The notes beneath the pieces were generated by a model. That model was not told where the DNA came from. It did not search any database and saw only the letters and a program-made list of their open reading frames with translations. A stretch of DNA of 64,000 nt from Pedobacter sp. (GTDB lineage: Bacteria; Desulfobacterota; Desulfuromonadia; Desulfuromonadales; Syntrophotaleaceae), in NCBI GenBank assembly GCA_050253415.1, contig JBFWJC010000001.1, forward strand, positions 776,679 through 840,678, written 5' to 3'. The translations under genes and the position numbers were made by a program. This document shows, in pieces, positions 10,627-19,847 of this stretch (its first letter is position 1; each line of letters opens with the position of its first letter).

Positions 10627-11541
10627 TCAAGGTGACGCAGTGGCGCTTGCCGATGCAGGGGTGGTCGGCGGGGAAAATCGCTTTCGATAGGTGCAGCGTC
10701 GACAAAGGTCTTCGATGGCATGCTGTCGGGAAAACCCGTCGCGCATACGCCGGGCGCGGTCGCTGGCCAGGATCTCCCGCAACTCCTGTCGGTGGATGTT
10801 CCCCAAGGGGATGTCGCCTTCGGCATCGAGGCAGCAGGGTACCACGGTGCCATCGACTAAAATGCCGATATGATCCCGCAGTCCTCGACAGAATCCCCGC
10901 TCACCTTGGTCGCATGTCAAGGCATGGGGCCAGTTAAATTCAAGATCCTGGCTGAGAAACACCCTGGGTGCCAGGCGTATCCCCTGGCCGGGTGTCAGGC
11001 TGGCCGGAATGTCCATCGGCAAGGCAAAAAAATCCTTGAGACGCTGCATCAGTTGACGATTTGGCTGGTCTGTTGATGCCGCTGCGGTATTCTGCAGGTT
11101 CCACAGGCGCAGGCTGATATATACGGCACTTTTTGCCCGGGCTTCACCGATGAAATCGAAGGCTTCGTCCAGGTAGGTATGCAGGGCGGAGGAGTCTTGT
11201 GCGTTTTCAAAGCTGTGCAGGGAAATGTTGATCTGGCGCAGGGCAGGGCTGGCCAGCAGCGTGTCGCGTGTTTGCGGCAGCAACGTGGCGTTGGTGGTCA
11301 GGTTCACCCGTTTACCGTGCGTATGACAGTTCTCCAGTAGCAAAGCAAGGTCAGGATGTAGCAGTGGTTCGCCGAGTAGATGCAGCGCCAGGTAGTCCGT
11401 AAGGTTCCCGATTTGCAGCAGAATATGGTCAAACTCCGCCGGAGAGACAAACGCCTTGGTCCGTTTGCTCTGATGGCAGAAGCTGCACGAGAGGTTGCAG
11501 CGATTGGTGATCTCGACAAATATGCGTTTGAACTTTTTCAG
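10627..11541 (-). CDS. Radical SAM/SPASM-type protein; probable CTG start
   Basis: Frame open upstream of the ORF-track start: (L)KKFKRIFVEITNRCNLSCSFC...LGEPLLHP; C-terminal FCRG...DGTVVPCCLD...LCRRC. Confidence 0.8.
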   Translation of the reverse strand: MKKFKRIFVEITNRCNLSCSFCHQSKRTKAFVSPAEFDHILLQIGNLTDYLALHLLGEPLLHPDLALLLENCHTHGKRVNLTTNATLLPQTRDTLLASPALRQINISLHSFENAQDSSALHTYLDEAFDFIGEARAKSAVYISLRLWNLQNTAAASTDQPNRQLMQRLKDFFALPMDIPASLTPGQGIRLAPRVFLSQDLEFNWPHALTCDQGERGFCRGLRDHIGILVDGTVVPCCLDAEGDIPLGNIHRQELREILASDRARRMRDGFSRQHAIEDLCRRCTYRKRFSPPTTPASASATASP

Positions 11542-11664
11542 ACGGGTAAGTTCTCAACGGGTGGACATTGGCAATGTGCGGCATGCGCCCTAATCTAAAG
11601 TGAAATGCAACCCGTGGCAAGAAAATCCTGAGATGGCTGAGGGGAAAACAGGGATCCCTTGGGA

Positions 11665-12114
11665 TTAGTCCCGAACCTCCAGGATAAAGCGGGCACCGAC
11701 GTAGACGATGTACCCTGGCACAAAGACCCTGAAAAAACGTTCCGGTCGGTTGAGATAGTCGCTGACCCGGCTGCGGTCCTGGGGCAGATCGACAAAAATT
11801 TCACCTTCGATCGCTTCACCGTGCAGGGTGGTAATTTGGACCGTGTATTTCTTGCCCAGCATCATCAGTTCGTGGCGCTCATCATCCGCAGGAGTACTGG
11901 CCTTGATGATGTTCGCAACATTCAGGTGAACGGTGCCGTCGGCAGTCTTTACCGGCAAGAAGGCGTCTTCTCCGTTGAGCAGTTCACCGACTCGTTGCGA
12001 GCCCTGGCGATGTGCTTCGTAGAGACTGAGAAATACTTCCCCCGTGACTTCGCTGCCATCGGCAAGGGTAAAAATAACCTGCCGACGATTCTTGGCGATC
12101 TTCTGCTCTTCCAT
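11665..12114 (-). CDS. Hypothetical protein with internal tandem duplication
   Basis: AAAGGAG RBS; two similar halves (GEVFL...RVGELLN...FLPV and GEIFV...RVSDYLN...FFRV). Confidence 0.7.
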   Translation of the reverse strand: MEEQKIAKNRRQVIFTLADGSEVTGEVFLSLYEAHRQGSQRVGELLNGEDAFLPVKTADGTVHLNVANIIKASTPADDERHELMMLGKKYTVQITTLHGEAIEGEIFVDLPQDRSRVSDYLNRPERFFRVFVPGYIVYVGARFILEVRD

Positions 12115-12278
12115 GCCTACTCCTTTGGTGTCCTGTAAGGTATCGTGCCTTCTCATTCCGACCTTTTTACGCGGTCTGGGTTTGGCCAGCTAAACTCAAG
12201 GTCCGCATTGGCAGACTTCTGCATTGCAAGAAAAGTATCATTAATTTGATATCATGGCTACCATCAAAGGGTGGGTTG

Positions 12279-13322
12279 TTACTGAAACAACGACTTGTTG
12301 GATGCGAATTTGTGAGCTTCCTCCCGGGTGATCTTGCCTGCCGTAAGCAAATCCTGAATGGCTTGATCCATAAGCATCATCCCCTGGGATTTGCCGGTCT
12401 GGATCACCGAAGGGATCTGGAAGGTCTTACCTTCGCGGATCAGGTTTGACACCGCCGGGGTGACGGCCAGGATCTCCAAAGCGGCGCAGCGTTTACCGTC
12501 TACGGTGCGCAACAGTTGCTGGGCGATAACGCCCTTGAGGGACTCGCCGAGCATGGTGCGGACCTGTTCCTGCTGGTTGGTGGGAAACACGTTGATGATG
12601 CGATCGACGGTCTTGGCGGCGCTGCTGGTATGCAGGGTGCCGAATACCAGATGGCCGGTTTCCGCAGCGGTAATGGCCAGTTCGATGGTTTCCAGATCGC
12701 GCATCTCGCCAACCAGTATCAAATCCGGATCCTCTCGCAGGGCTGCTTTGAGAGCCGTCGCGAAAGAGCGGGTGTGCCGACCGACCTCCCTCTGGTTGAT
12801 CAGGCTCTGTTGACTGACATGGACGAATTCGATGGGGTCTTCGACGGTCAGAATGTGCTCCTTGCGGGTCCGGTTGACATGATCGATCATGGCCGCCAGG
12901 GTCGTTGATTTGCCGCTTCCGGTCGGGCCGGTGACCAGTACCAGCCCTTTTTTGAACTGGGTGAAGTTGAGCACCGCCGGGGACAGGCCCAGTTGTTCGG
13001 CGCTGAGGATTTCAGCAGGAATGAGGCGAAAAACCGCGCTCATGCCCAGGCGCCCCATGAAGATATTGGCGCGAAAGCGGGATTTTAACTCCGATACTTC
13101 ATAAGCAAAATCGACATCGCGGGTGGTCTCATAGGTTTTGCGCTGCGCCTCGGTCATGATTTCGTAAAGCAGGACTTTGTTCTGCTCGTGGGTAAGCGTC
13201 TGGCTCATGATTGCTTCGAGGTCGCCCGATTTGCGAATCAGCGGCGGGTTTCCGGGGGAGAGATGCAGGTCGGAGCCGCTTTTGTCCTTCAAAATTTTGA
13301 ACAGCGCGTCAATTTTTGCCAT
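12279..13322 (-). CDS. pilT: Type IV pilus retraction ATPase (PilT family)
   Basis: SDLHLS, GPTGSGKSTT, EDPIE, ALREDPD, GEMRD, GHLVFGTLHT, VSNLIRE. Confidence 0.92.
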   Translation of the reverse strand: MAKIDALFKILKDKSGSDLHLSPGNPPLIRKSGDLEAIMSQTLTHEQNKVLLYEIMTEAQRKTYETTRDVDFAYEVSELKSRFRANIFMGRLGMSAVFRLIPAEILSAEQLGLSPAVLNFTQFKKGLVLVTGPTGSGKSTTLAAMIDHVNRTRKEHILTVEDPIEFVHVSQQSLINQREVGRHTRSFATALKAALREDPDLILVGEMRDLETIELAITAAETGHLVFGTLHTSSAAKTVDRIINVFPTNQQEQVRTMLGESLKGVIAQQLLRTVDGKRCAALEILAVTPAVSNLIREGKTFQIPSVIQTGKSQGMMLMDQAIQDLLTAGKITREEAHKFASNKSLFQ

Positions 13323-13435
13323 GATGGTATCCCTAACACCCCTCGGGCGAACAGTTAGAATGTTTATTTGTAATATGATTTCAGCTAATTAGCCTGGATT
13401 CTGGCGCTTTGGATGAATATCGGCCGCAGGTGTTA

Positions 13436-13453
13436 TTGCATTTTACATGCCTT
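13436..13453 (-). promoter_or_regulatory. Possible sigma54 promoter for pilT
   Basis: Minus strand AAGGCATGTAAAATGCAA has GG-N10-GC, about 115 nt upstream of the ATG. Confidence 0.35.
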
Positions 13454-13551
13454 TTGTGGGGGATCTGGCAGCGCATCCTTGAGGTGCTTGGCGCTGCCCA
13501 CAGGTGTTACAATGAGACAACCGGTAGCGGATAAAACCCTAGGAGGCAACT

Positions 13552-14208
13552 ATGGAAACTGTCGAACTTTTCAGCGCCCGGGTGTGTCCCTTTGCCCATC
13601 GCTGCCGTCTGGCGTTGATGGAAAAGGGGTTGCCCTTTGAAGTAATCGAAATCGATCTGCGAAATAAACCCGCATGGTACCGGCAGATCAATCCCGACGA
13701 AGCGGTTCCCGCTTTGCGGCAGGGTCATTTTATGCTGCGGGAATCGCTGATTATCAATGAATATATTGACGAACTCGTTGCCGAGCCCCCATTGCTGCCG
13801 GCTTCGCCACAAGGTCGGGCCCGGGCGCGGCTGTGGGCTGAATTCGCCAATACGCGTTTTGTCCCTCTGTTTTACCGTCTGCTCAAGGCGCAGGGGGAGG
13901 ATGAGCGCGTTGCGGCGCGTGATAAATTGGTGTGTGTCCTGTCGGTCCTGAATGCGGAATTGCACCGGAGCCAATCGGACGGGGGCTACTGGTTCGGTCA
14001 AAATGTTGGCCTGACCGACATTGCCTTTTATCCCTGGTTTGAACGCTGGCCTGTCCTGGAACATTATCGGGGGGTGCGCATTCCTGGTGAGCTGACATCG
14101 CTTTTGCGCTGGATCGAAACCATGCAGGGACGGGAGGTCGTCAAAAAGGCCAGGCAGACGGCCGAATTTTACATTGCCGGATATGAAGATTACGCCAGGG
14201 GTGGGTGA
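13552..14208 (+). CDS. Glutathione S-transferase (CPFA, omega-like active site)
   Basis: CPFAHR, INP..VPAL, ESLIINEYIDE, LTDIAFYPWFER; AGGAGG RBS. Confidence 0.9.
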   Translation: METVELFSARVCPFAHRCRLALMEKGLPFEVIEIDLRNKPAWYRQINPDEAVPALRQGHFMLRESLIINEYIDELVAEPPLLPASPQGRARARLWAEFANTRFVPLFYRLLKAQGEDERVAARDKLVCVLSVLNAELHRSQSDGGYWFGQNVGLTDIAFYPWFERWPVLEHYRGVRIPGELTSLLRWIETMQGREVVKKARQTAEFYIAGYEDYARGG

Positions 14209-14215
14209 CTTAAAT

Positions 14216-14330
14216 AAAAAAAGGGCGCGTCGCCCTGGAGGGGGAACAACGCGCCAAAAGATGGAGGTTTAAACCGTGTTTTTTTAAATCGTGTGTTTGT
14301 TGATCGCTCTGTCGAGCGTTGTGTTCGTTG
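14216..14330 (-). ncRNA. Candidate trans-acting sRNA with anti-SD motifs
   Basis: -10-like TAGAGT at 14341-14336; CGCTC-GACA-GAGCG hairpin; single-stranded ACCUCCAU; terminator with CCCCUCCA loop and a U run. Confidence 0.5.
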
Positions 14331-14399
14331 AGTGAACTCTAGCCTTTTCCGGGATCACTGACCACGTGGCTTTCCGTAATAATGCCGGATAGAACAACC

Positions 14400-14434
14400 A
14401 CTGCCGACTGTGCATTTGAACAGTCGGCAGTTTT
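14400..14434. terminator. Hairpin terminator downstream of gloA
   Basis: ACTGCCGACTGT-GCATTTGA-ACAGTCGGCAGT. Confidence 0.6.
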
Positions 14435-14480
14435 AAAATAAAAAATATAGAATAAAATCAGCTACTTGAAATTTCAAAGT

Positions 14481-14861
14481 TTAGGACTTTACCACTTCTA
14501 CCAGATAACCGTCAGGATCCGCGAGAAAATAAAATTTCGGTTCGCCGCCCGCCAGGCCCTTGAGAGGTTTGGGGTTGAAACCCAACGCCTCGTGCTGTTT
14601 ATGGGAAGCAAGCAAGTCCTTGACCCCCACGGCCAGATGGGAATAACCGGTACCCATTTCGTAGGGCTCGGTCTGGTCGTGGTTCCAGGTAAGCTCGAGT
14701 TCGAAGGTGCCCCCGGGGGTTCGCAGGTAGGACAGAGTGAATTTGTGATCGGGGAAGTCAAGCCGCCGCGCAATCTCGAAGCCGAAGGCTTGCTGGTAAA
14801 ACTGTTCGGATTTTTTCAGGTTCATGACCCGGATGCAGGTGTGAATCATCTCGTATTTCAT
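14481..14861 (-). CDS. gloA: Lactoylglutathione lyase (glyoxalase I, VOC fold)
   Basis: MIHTCIRV, ELELTWN, GYSHLAV, FLADPDGYLVEV; AAAGGAG RBS. Confidence 0.88.
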   Translation of the reverse strand: MKYEMIHTCIRVMNLKKSEQFYQQAFGFEIARRLDFPDHKFTLSYLRTPGGTFELELTWNHDQTEPYEMGTGYSHLAVGVKDLLASHKQHEALGFNPKPLKGLAGGEPKFYFLADPDGYLVEVVKS

Positions 14862-15008
14862 CTGCAGAACTCCTTTGTTATTTACGGCCCTTAGTGGGCG
14901 TGGATAAAAAAATGTTGGATGAAGTATATGCATAAGTGGCGGTTTCGGCCATGATGATTTATGCGGCCATATTGTGGACAATATAGATATTTTAAAGCAA
15001 TAGACCTT

Positions 15009-15782
15009 TCATGGGATGCGACGCAACAGCGTGTCCATGGATTCCGTCATCCCTTCGAGCAGCAGTCTGCCGTCCGCATCCAGAACATGCACGGGTCGCT
15101 TGGCGAAATCGAGCCAGCGCACGTCGAGTCGTCCGTTCATGGCACGTCTTTGATCTGCAACCCGATTTCGCAAGGCATGGCGCTCGGCCGATGTAAGTCC
15201 ATAGATACCGCGCTTTTCATGCCCCCGGCCGCGAGGGATAAAGGGCAGGATGCTCAGACGCTTTACACCGTGGCGCAGGCAATAGTCGGCCACCCAATCG
15301 ACAACCCAGGCGCTATTGCCTACCACGGTGGTCTGAACGGAGGCAGGCACTCGGGCGTCGACAAGGTGGCGGAGGTTTTTGCTGGTATGACAAAAGGCTT
15401 CACGTCCGACGAGATGGTCGTGGTGCTCCGGGGAGCCGTGCAGGCTTACCTTGACCTGCGTGCCGGTGTTGCGCAGCGCCGGCAGAAGTTCGTCATTCAT
15501 TTCGATGGCGTTGGTGGTGAGTTTAAGTTTGGCGCCGCGTGTATGGGCGTAAGTCAGTAGCTGGGGGAGGGCTGGATGCATGGTCGGTTCGCCGCCGCAG
15601 AAGTGGATGCCCGTGACCCCGTGGGATAGCAGCCAGTCGATACGGCCCATGAGTGTCGTCGCACAGGGGTGACTTTCGTTGCGGGGAGCGAGACAGAACC
15701 GGCAATCGGCATTGCAGCGACGCGTGATGCGAAAGCATATGGCTGGCGGCAGTTGCAGCTTTAGTACCGGGCGGCGTTTCAT
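15009..15782 (-). CDS. Radical SAM protein without SPASM domain
   Basis: [26 protein letters not shown] overlaps upstream stop (ATGA). Confidence 0.85.
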   Translation of the reverse strand: MKRRPVLKLQLPPAICFRITRRCNADCRFCLAPRNESHPCATTLMGRIDWLLSHGVTGIHFCGGEPTMHPALPQLLTYAHTRGAKLKLTTNAIEMNDELLPALRNTGTQVKVSLHGSPEHHDHLVGREAFCHTSKNLRHLVDARVPASVQTTVVGNSAWVVDWVADYCLRHGVKRLSILPFIPRGRGHEKRGIYGLTSAERHALRNRVADQRRAMNGRLDVRWLDFAKRPVHVLDADGRLLLEGMTESMDTLLRRIP

Positions 15783-16140
15783 GGTCGTCGGCGTTCGGCA
15801 AGCATGTTGCAAAACATCTGCCCCTGTTCGATAGCGTCATCGAGGGCTACATGGGTGTGGGGAATGTTGTCGAACCAGCGTTGCGGCATGTTGCGCTTGG
15901 TGCAGCGGCGGTAGTCCTTGCCCAACATCACCATGGCCATGGTCTTGATGTCCAGAGCGGAAAAACTGAATGGACTGCGACCGGCAAATTGGATCAGGTA
16001 CCAGTAGATGAACATGAAATCGAAGGCCGCCGGATAGCCGACGAATACCGGCTGGTCGGGCAGGGTTTCGAGCCATTGCGCATATTCGGGCATAACCTGT
16101 TGCGGTGTGCGCAGGTTGCTGCGGCATGCCTGCCAGGCAT
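15779..16140 (-). pseudogene. 5'-truncated DEDD 3'-5' exoribonuclease (Rv2179c-like)
   Basis: AFDFMF, ALDIKT and [13 protein letters not shown] are present; family-like sequence extends to AWQACRSNL, then an in-frame TAG; no ExoI DxE motif. Confidence 0.7.
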
Positions 16141-16583
16141 GTGCGAAGGATCTTTGCTAAGCAGCATCGGGATTCCTTGCTTTTTGGCGATAGCGATTTA
16201 TTCACAGCAGAGGATATTGTTCCTCATTAATATAGCGCGTATCCGGATTTAATAGCAGCGGGCTCAATGTGAATACCATTGCTCATTCGGATCATTGAGA
16301 AGCCGCGCACCTTGACCCGCTCCTGCCCATGCAGTTTTACAGGAGGGCACAGGGTTTCAAGGAAAGTGTTTTTTTACAGTTTACCCAGTGTTCCGGGTTT
16401 TCGCAAAAGAGCGTAAAGATCGGCGAGTGAAATCTGTCTGCATCCTCATCCTAATGGCCACCTAACCATATAAATTGATAATCAACAGCCCGCCGACTTC
16501 CGGAAGACATGGGGGCTTTCGCATCCGGGGAACTTTTTGCTACTGTGAAAGGGATTCTTCTGCTTTTACAGAAAGGGCACCGC

Positions 16584-18023
16584 ATGTCTTATGCCTGGCT
16601 TGAGGATCTGTTCTGGCTGCTGCTGATAAGTTACGGTCTGCTGACGGCGCTGCATGCCTTGCTCTACAAACGCGATCCGCGGGCCGCTCTCGGCTGGATT
16701 GTGACCTCTCTGGCGGTACCCGGTGTCGGGCCGTTGTTTTACTGGCTGCTCGGTGTTAATCGCATTCGTGCGCGGGGGCGCGGTTGGCAGGAGGGGGGAA
16801 ACGGGCTGCCACTGCGGGGCGCGCCGGTTTGCGTGTGGTCGGCGGAGCTGGCGGCTTCCGGTCTTCCGTTCCGTGATGAATGGTATGCGCCTTACCTGAC
16901 TCTGGCGGACACCGTAACCCGACGTCCGCTGCTCGGTGGCAACGCGGTCGAAATCCTGGTCAACGGGGATGCGGCGTACCCCGCCATGCTTGAGGCGATT
17001 AACGCCGCCCGCCAGACGATCTACCTTTCCAGTTATATCTTTGAGAGCAATACTACCGGACGCCGGTTTGTCGAGGCCCTTAGCCAGGCGGTGGAACGGG
17101 GGGTGGAGGTCCGGGTATTGGTCGATGCCCTCGGCGAGTGTTATTCCAGGCCTCCCATCGGTCGATTGTTAACCCGCAGCAGGGTGCCCGTAGCACGGTT
17201 TTTACCCTTTTCCCTGGGCGACCGCGGGTTGCATTTTAATCTGCGAAATCACCGTAAGTTGCTGGTGGTGGATGGTCATCTGGGATTTACCGGCGGGATG
17301 AACATCGGTGACAGACATTTGCTTGAGACCGCAGCCGACGGTGGCGTAAGGGATCTGCATTTTCGCATCGAGGGGCCGGCGGTCGGACAGATGCAGGATG
17401 CTTTTTGTGAAGACTGGGGGTTTGCAACGGGGGAACACCTGGCAGGGAGCCGGCCGACCCTTGAACATTACGGTTCGGCCATGTGTCGCGGGATCAGCGC
17501 CGGTCCCAACGAAGACTTTGAAAAGCTGTACTGGTTACTGACGGGGGTGTTGGCCGTTGCGCGGCAGCGGGTCTGCATCATGACGCCTTATTTTATCCCC
17601 GACCGTCAACTTGTCATGGCTTTGAATACTGCAGTCCTGCGGGGGGTGAAGGTCGATTTGCTGCTGCCGGAACGCAATAATCTGCCGCTGGTGCAGTGGG
17701 CGAGCCGTGCTTATTTCTGGGAGTTGCTGCAGTACGGGGTGGGTATTTATTTGCAACCTCCGCCCTTCGACCATAGCAAACTGCTGTTGGTTGATGATCT
17801 CTACAGCCTGGTCGGTTCCGCCAATCTCGATCCCCGCAGCCTGCGCCTGAATTTCGAGTTTAATCTCGAGGTCTACGATTCAGCCCTCAATGCCCGGCTT
17901 GCCGCTCATTTCAATGCTTGCCGCAGCGGTGCACGCCCTGTAACCCAGGACGAGATGGACGGTCGGTCTCTGCCGGTCAAGATGCGCGATGCCACGGCGA
18001 AACTGCTGTCACCCTATCTTTGA
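16584..18023 (+). CDS. cls: Cardiolipin synthase
   Basis: N-terminal PLDc_N TMs; two HKD motifs, RNHRKLLVVDG and HSKLLLVDD; GSANLDPRSLRLNFE. Confidence 0.93.
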   Translation: MSYAWLEDLFWLLLISYGLLTALHALLYKRDPRAALGWIVTSLAVPGVGPLFYWLLGVNRIRARGRGWQEGGNGLPLRGAPVCVWSAELAASGLPFRDEWYAPYLTLADTVTRRPLLGGNAVEILVNGDAAYPAMLEAINAARQTIYLSSYIFESNTTGRRFVEALSQAVERGVEVRVLVDALGECYSRPPIGRLLTRSRVPVARFLPFSLGDRGLHFNLRNHRKLLVVDGHLGFTGGMNIGDRHLLETAADGGVRDLHFRIEGPAVGQMQDAFCEDWGFATGEHLAGSRPTLEHYGSAMCRGISAGPNEDFEKLYWLLTGVLAVARQRVCIMTPYFIPDRQLVMALNTAVLRGVKVDLLLPERNNLPLVQWASRAYFWELLQYGVGIYLQPPPFDHSKLLLVDDLYSLVGSANLDPRSLRLNFEFNLEVYDSALNARLAAHFNACRSGARPVTQDEMDGRSLPVKMRDATAKLLSPYL

Positions 18024-18157
18024 GGATCCGTGACAGGTGATTAGTGATTGGTTGTTTGGCGAATCGATTGGCGGGGTGGGATTGTATCTGTGATCGGGAG
18101 TTGCGAATGGGGCAAGCATGACTTTAACCAGTCACTAATCACTAATCACGGATCTTC
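18022..18157. repeat. Inverted repeat built from heptamer units
   Basis: 32-nt arms at 18022-18053 and 18126-18157 (27/32 complementary) made of GTGATTA/TAATCAC units. Confidence 0.75.
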
Positions 18158-18199
18158 CTCGCCCCTGCCTGTAAGCAGGAGCGAGGAAGATCCAGTTTT

Positions 18200-18607
18200 T
18201 TACTTGAGACCCTTGGCGTTCAAAAAGGGACTGTACTGCATGTCGCTGCCCTTGATATGGCTGCGCAGCCAGTCTCCAAGGAAGTTCATGACCGAAACGG
18301 ACAGGCCGAGCCGACCTTCGTCAAACCCCTGCTTGAATTCGCCGACTTTGGCGGTAAAGTCGCGGTGTTCCTGTTTGTGGGCGGCGGTTGCCGGGTAGCC
18401 GTAGCGGTCGAAATATCTTTCTTCGGTGGCAAAATGGGAGGCCGTGTAGGTTGCCAGCCCGCCGATGATTTTACCGATGACGTCTTTGCCGCGTCCTTGC
18501 ACCATGGCATCGTTGAGTTCGTTAATCATGGCGACCAGGCGCTGGTGCTGGGTGTCGATTTCAGCGATATTGACGGATAGGGTGGCGTTCCATTGGATAA
18601 GAGCCAT
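18200..18607 (-). CDS. Bacteriohemerythrin
   Basis: IDTQH, HFATEE, HKQEH, WLRSHIKGSD iron ligands. Confidence 0.95.
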   Translation of the reverse strand: MALIQWNATLSVNIAEIDTQHQRLVAMINELNDAMVQGRGKDVIGKIIGGLATYTASHFATEERYFDRYGYPATAAHKQEHRDFTAKVGEFKQGFDEGRLGLSVSVMNFLGDWLRSHIKGSDMQYSPFLNAKGLK

Positions 18608-18760
18608 GTGCTTCTCCTGCAGTGTGAATTAAGTTGAAATGAAACCTCGGGGAAAACGCATTTGAATCTAGACCGAAATTGTAAGGAATAGATTAGCGGT
18701 TCAGACGGAGAAGGGCAATTATTAAATTAATTGTTTCAGGTGTTTTTTACAGAGTGACCA

Positions 18761-19306
18761 TCAGTACTGGTTGAAACGACTCATAACATCGAAATCTTTG
18801 CGGGATTTCGCACGCAGGGGATAGTCCGGCGGGGCGTATCCGAGGCTGATAATCAGACCGATGCGGCGCCGACGGGGGATGTGCAGTAGCGTTTTGATGG
18901 TTTTTTCATCGAACCATCCCATCATGCAGGTAGCCAGGCCGAGCTCGGTGGCTTGCAGGCAAAAATGGGCCGCGGCGATACCGATGTCGATAAGGGGGAA
19001 CGCCCTTCGCTGAATAAGCGCTCCCACACGCATGGTCCATTTCGGTTCTTCCACAACCAGCACCGCGATGACAGGCGCCTGCGTGGCAAAGCCGTTCAGC
19101 CCGAGGGTTTTGCTGCAGGTGGCTTGAGCCACCTGGTTTTTAAGCTGCGGCTCGTCAACCAGGATCAAAGTCCAGGGCTGGGCGTTGCAGGCGGACGGTG
19201 CCAGCCGTACGGCCTCAATCAGTTGTTGCAGCTTTTGTGCTTCAACGGGTGTGTCGCGGTATTTGCGAACGCTCTGGCGGTTCAAGAGCAATTGCGAAAA
19301 GTCCAT
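18761..19306 (-). CDS. Nitroreductase family protein
   Basis: RQSVRKY, APSACNAQPW, DIGIA, GLATCMMG. Confidence 0.9.
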   Translation of the reverse strand: MDFSQLLLNRQSVRKYRDTPVEAQKLQQLIEAVRLAPSACNAQPWTLILVDEPQLKNQVAQATCSKTLGLNGFATQAPVIAVLVVEEPKWTMRVGALIQRRAFPLIDIGIAAAHFCLQATELGLATCMMGWFDEKTIKTLLHIPRRRRIGLIISLGYAPPDYPLRAKSRKDFDVMSRFNQY

Positions 19307-19340
19307 GATTTTATCCTGTGAACATCGGCTGGAGCAGGGG

Positions 19341-19634
19341 TTATGAACGTCCGCCCCAGACCGGATCCTCTTCAAATTGCCGGCGGACCCGTTCCTCCGG
19401 GCATTGTTCGTAAAAGGTGTCCTCGTCAAAGCTGAAACGGTAATGGCGAGTGTATTCCAGCAGCAAGCGGTAGGCTTCATTCAATTGCCGGATGGCCTTC
19501 CCATCCCCCTGGTTTCCGGCGTCCGGGTGGTAACGTTTGGCCAGTTCCCGGTGGCGGGTCTTGATCTCCCGCAGGGATGCCTGCTCCTCCAGTCCGAATA
19601 CCTTCAATGCTTGCTGTAATTCCTGATAGGTCAT
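19341..19634 (-). CDS. Small J-domain (DnaJ-like) protein
   Basis: IKTRHRELAKRYHPD and LNEAY. Confidence 0.88.
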   Translation of the reverse strand: MTYQELQQALKVFGLEEQASLREIKTRHRELAKRYHPDAGNQGDGKAIRQLNEAYRLLLEYTRHYRFSFDEDTFYEQCPEERVRRQFEEDPVWGGRS

Positions 19635-19847
19635 AACCGGCAGCACTCCATGTTTATTCGGTTTTCGAATCCGGCATCAAAAATGTGCCGTTTTCGTTTG
19701 TTCGATGATAGCATGAAACCCAGAGGTTGTGTTTTGTCCAGCCCGATTACCTATTCTTACGCCAGGTCCTCATTTTCCCGATCCGCTTTCATGGGGCAAC
19801 CTGGCCGCATTGACCACCTGTCACGAAAACTCAGGATAGGGTTGAAG

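Noticed and set aside
19818..19835. Pho box upstream of alkaline phosphatase
   Set aside because: One good half-site (CTGTCAC), but no convincing second repeat at 11 bp
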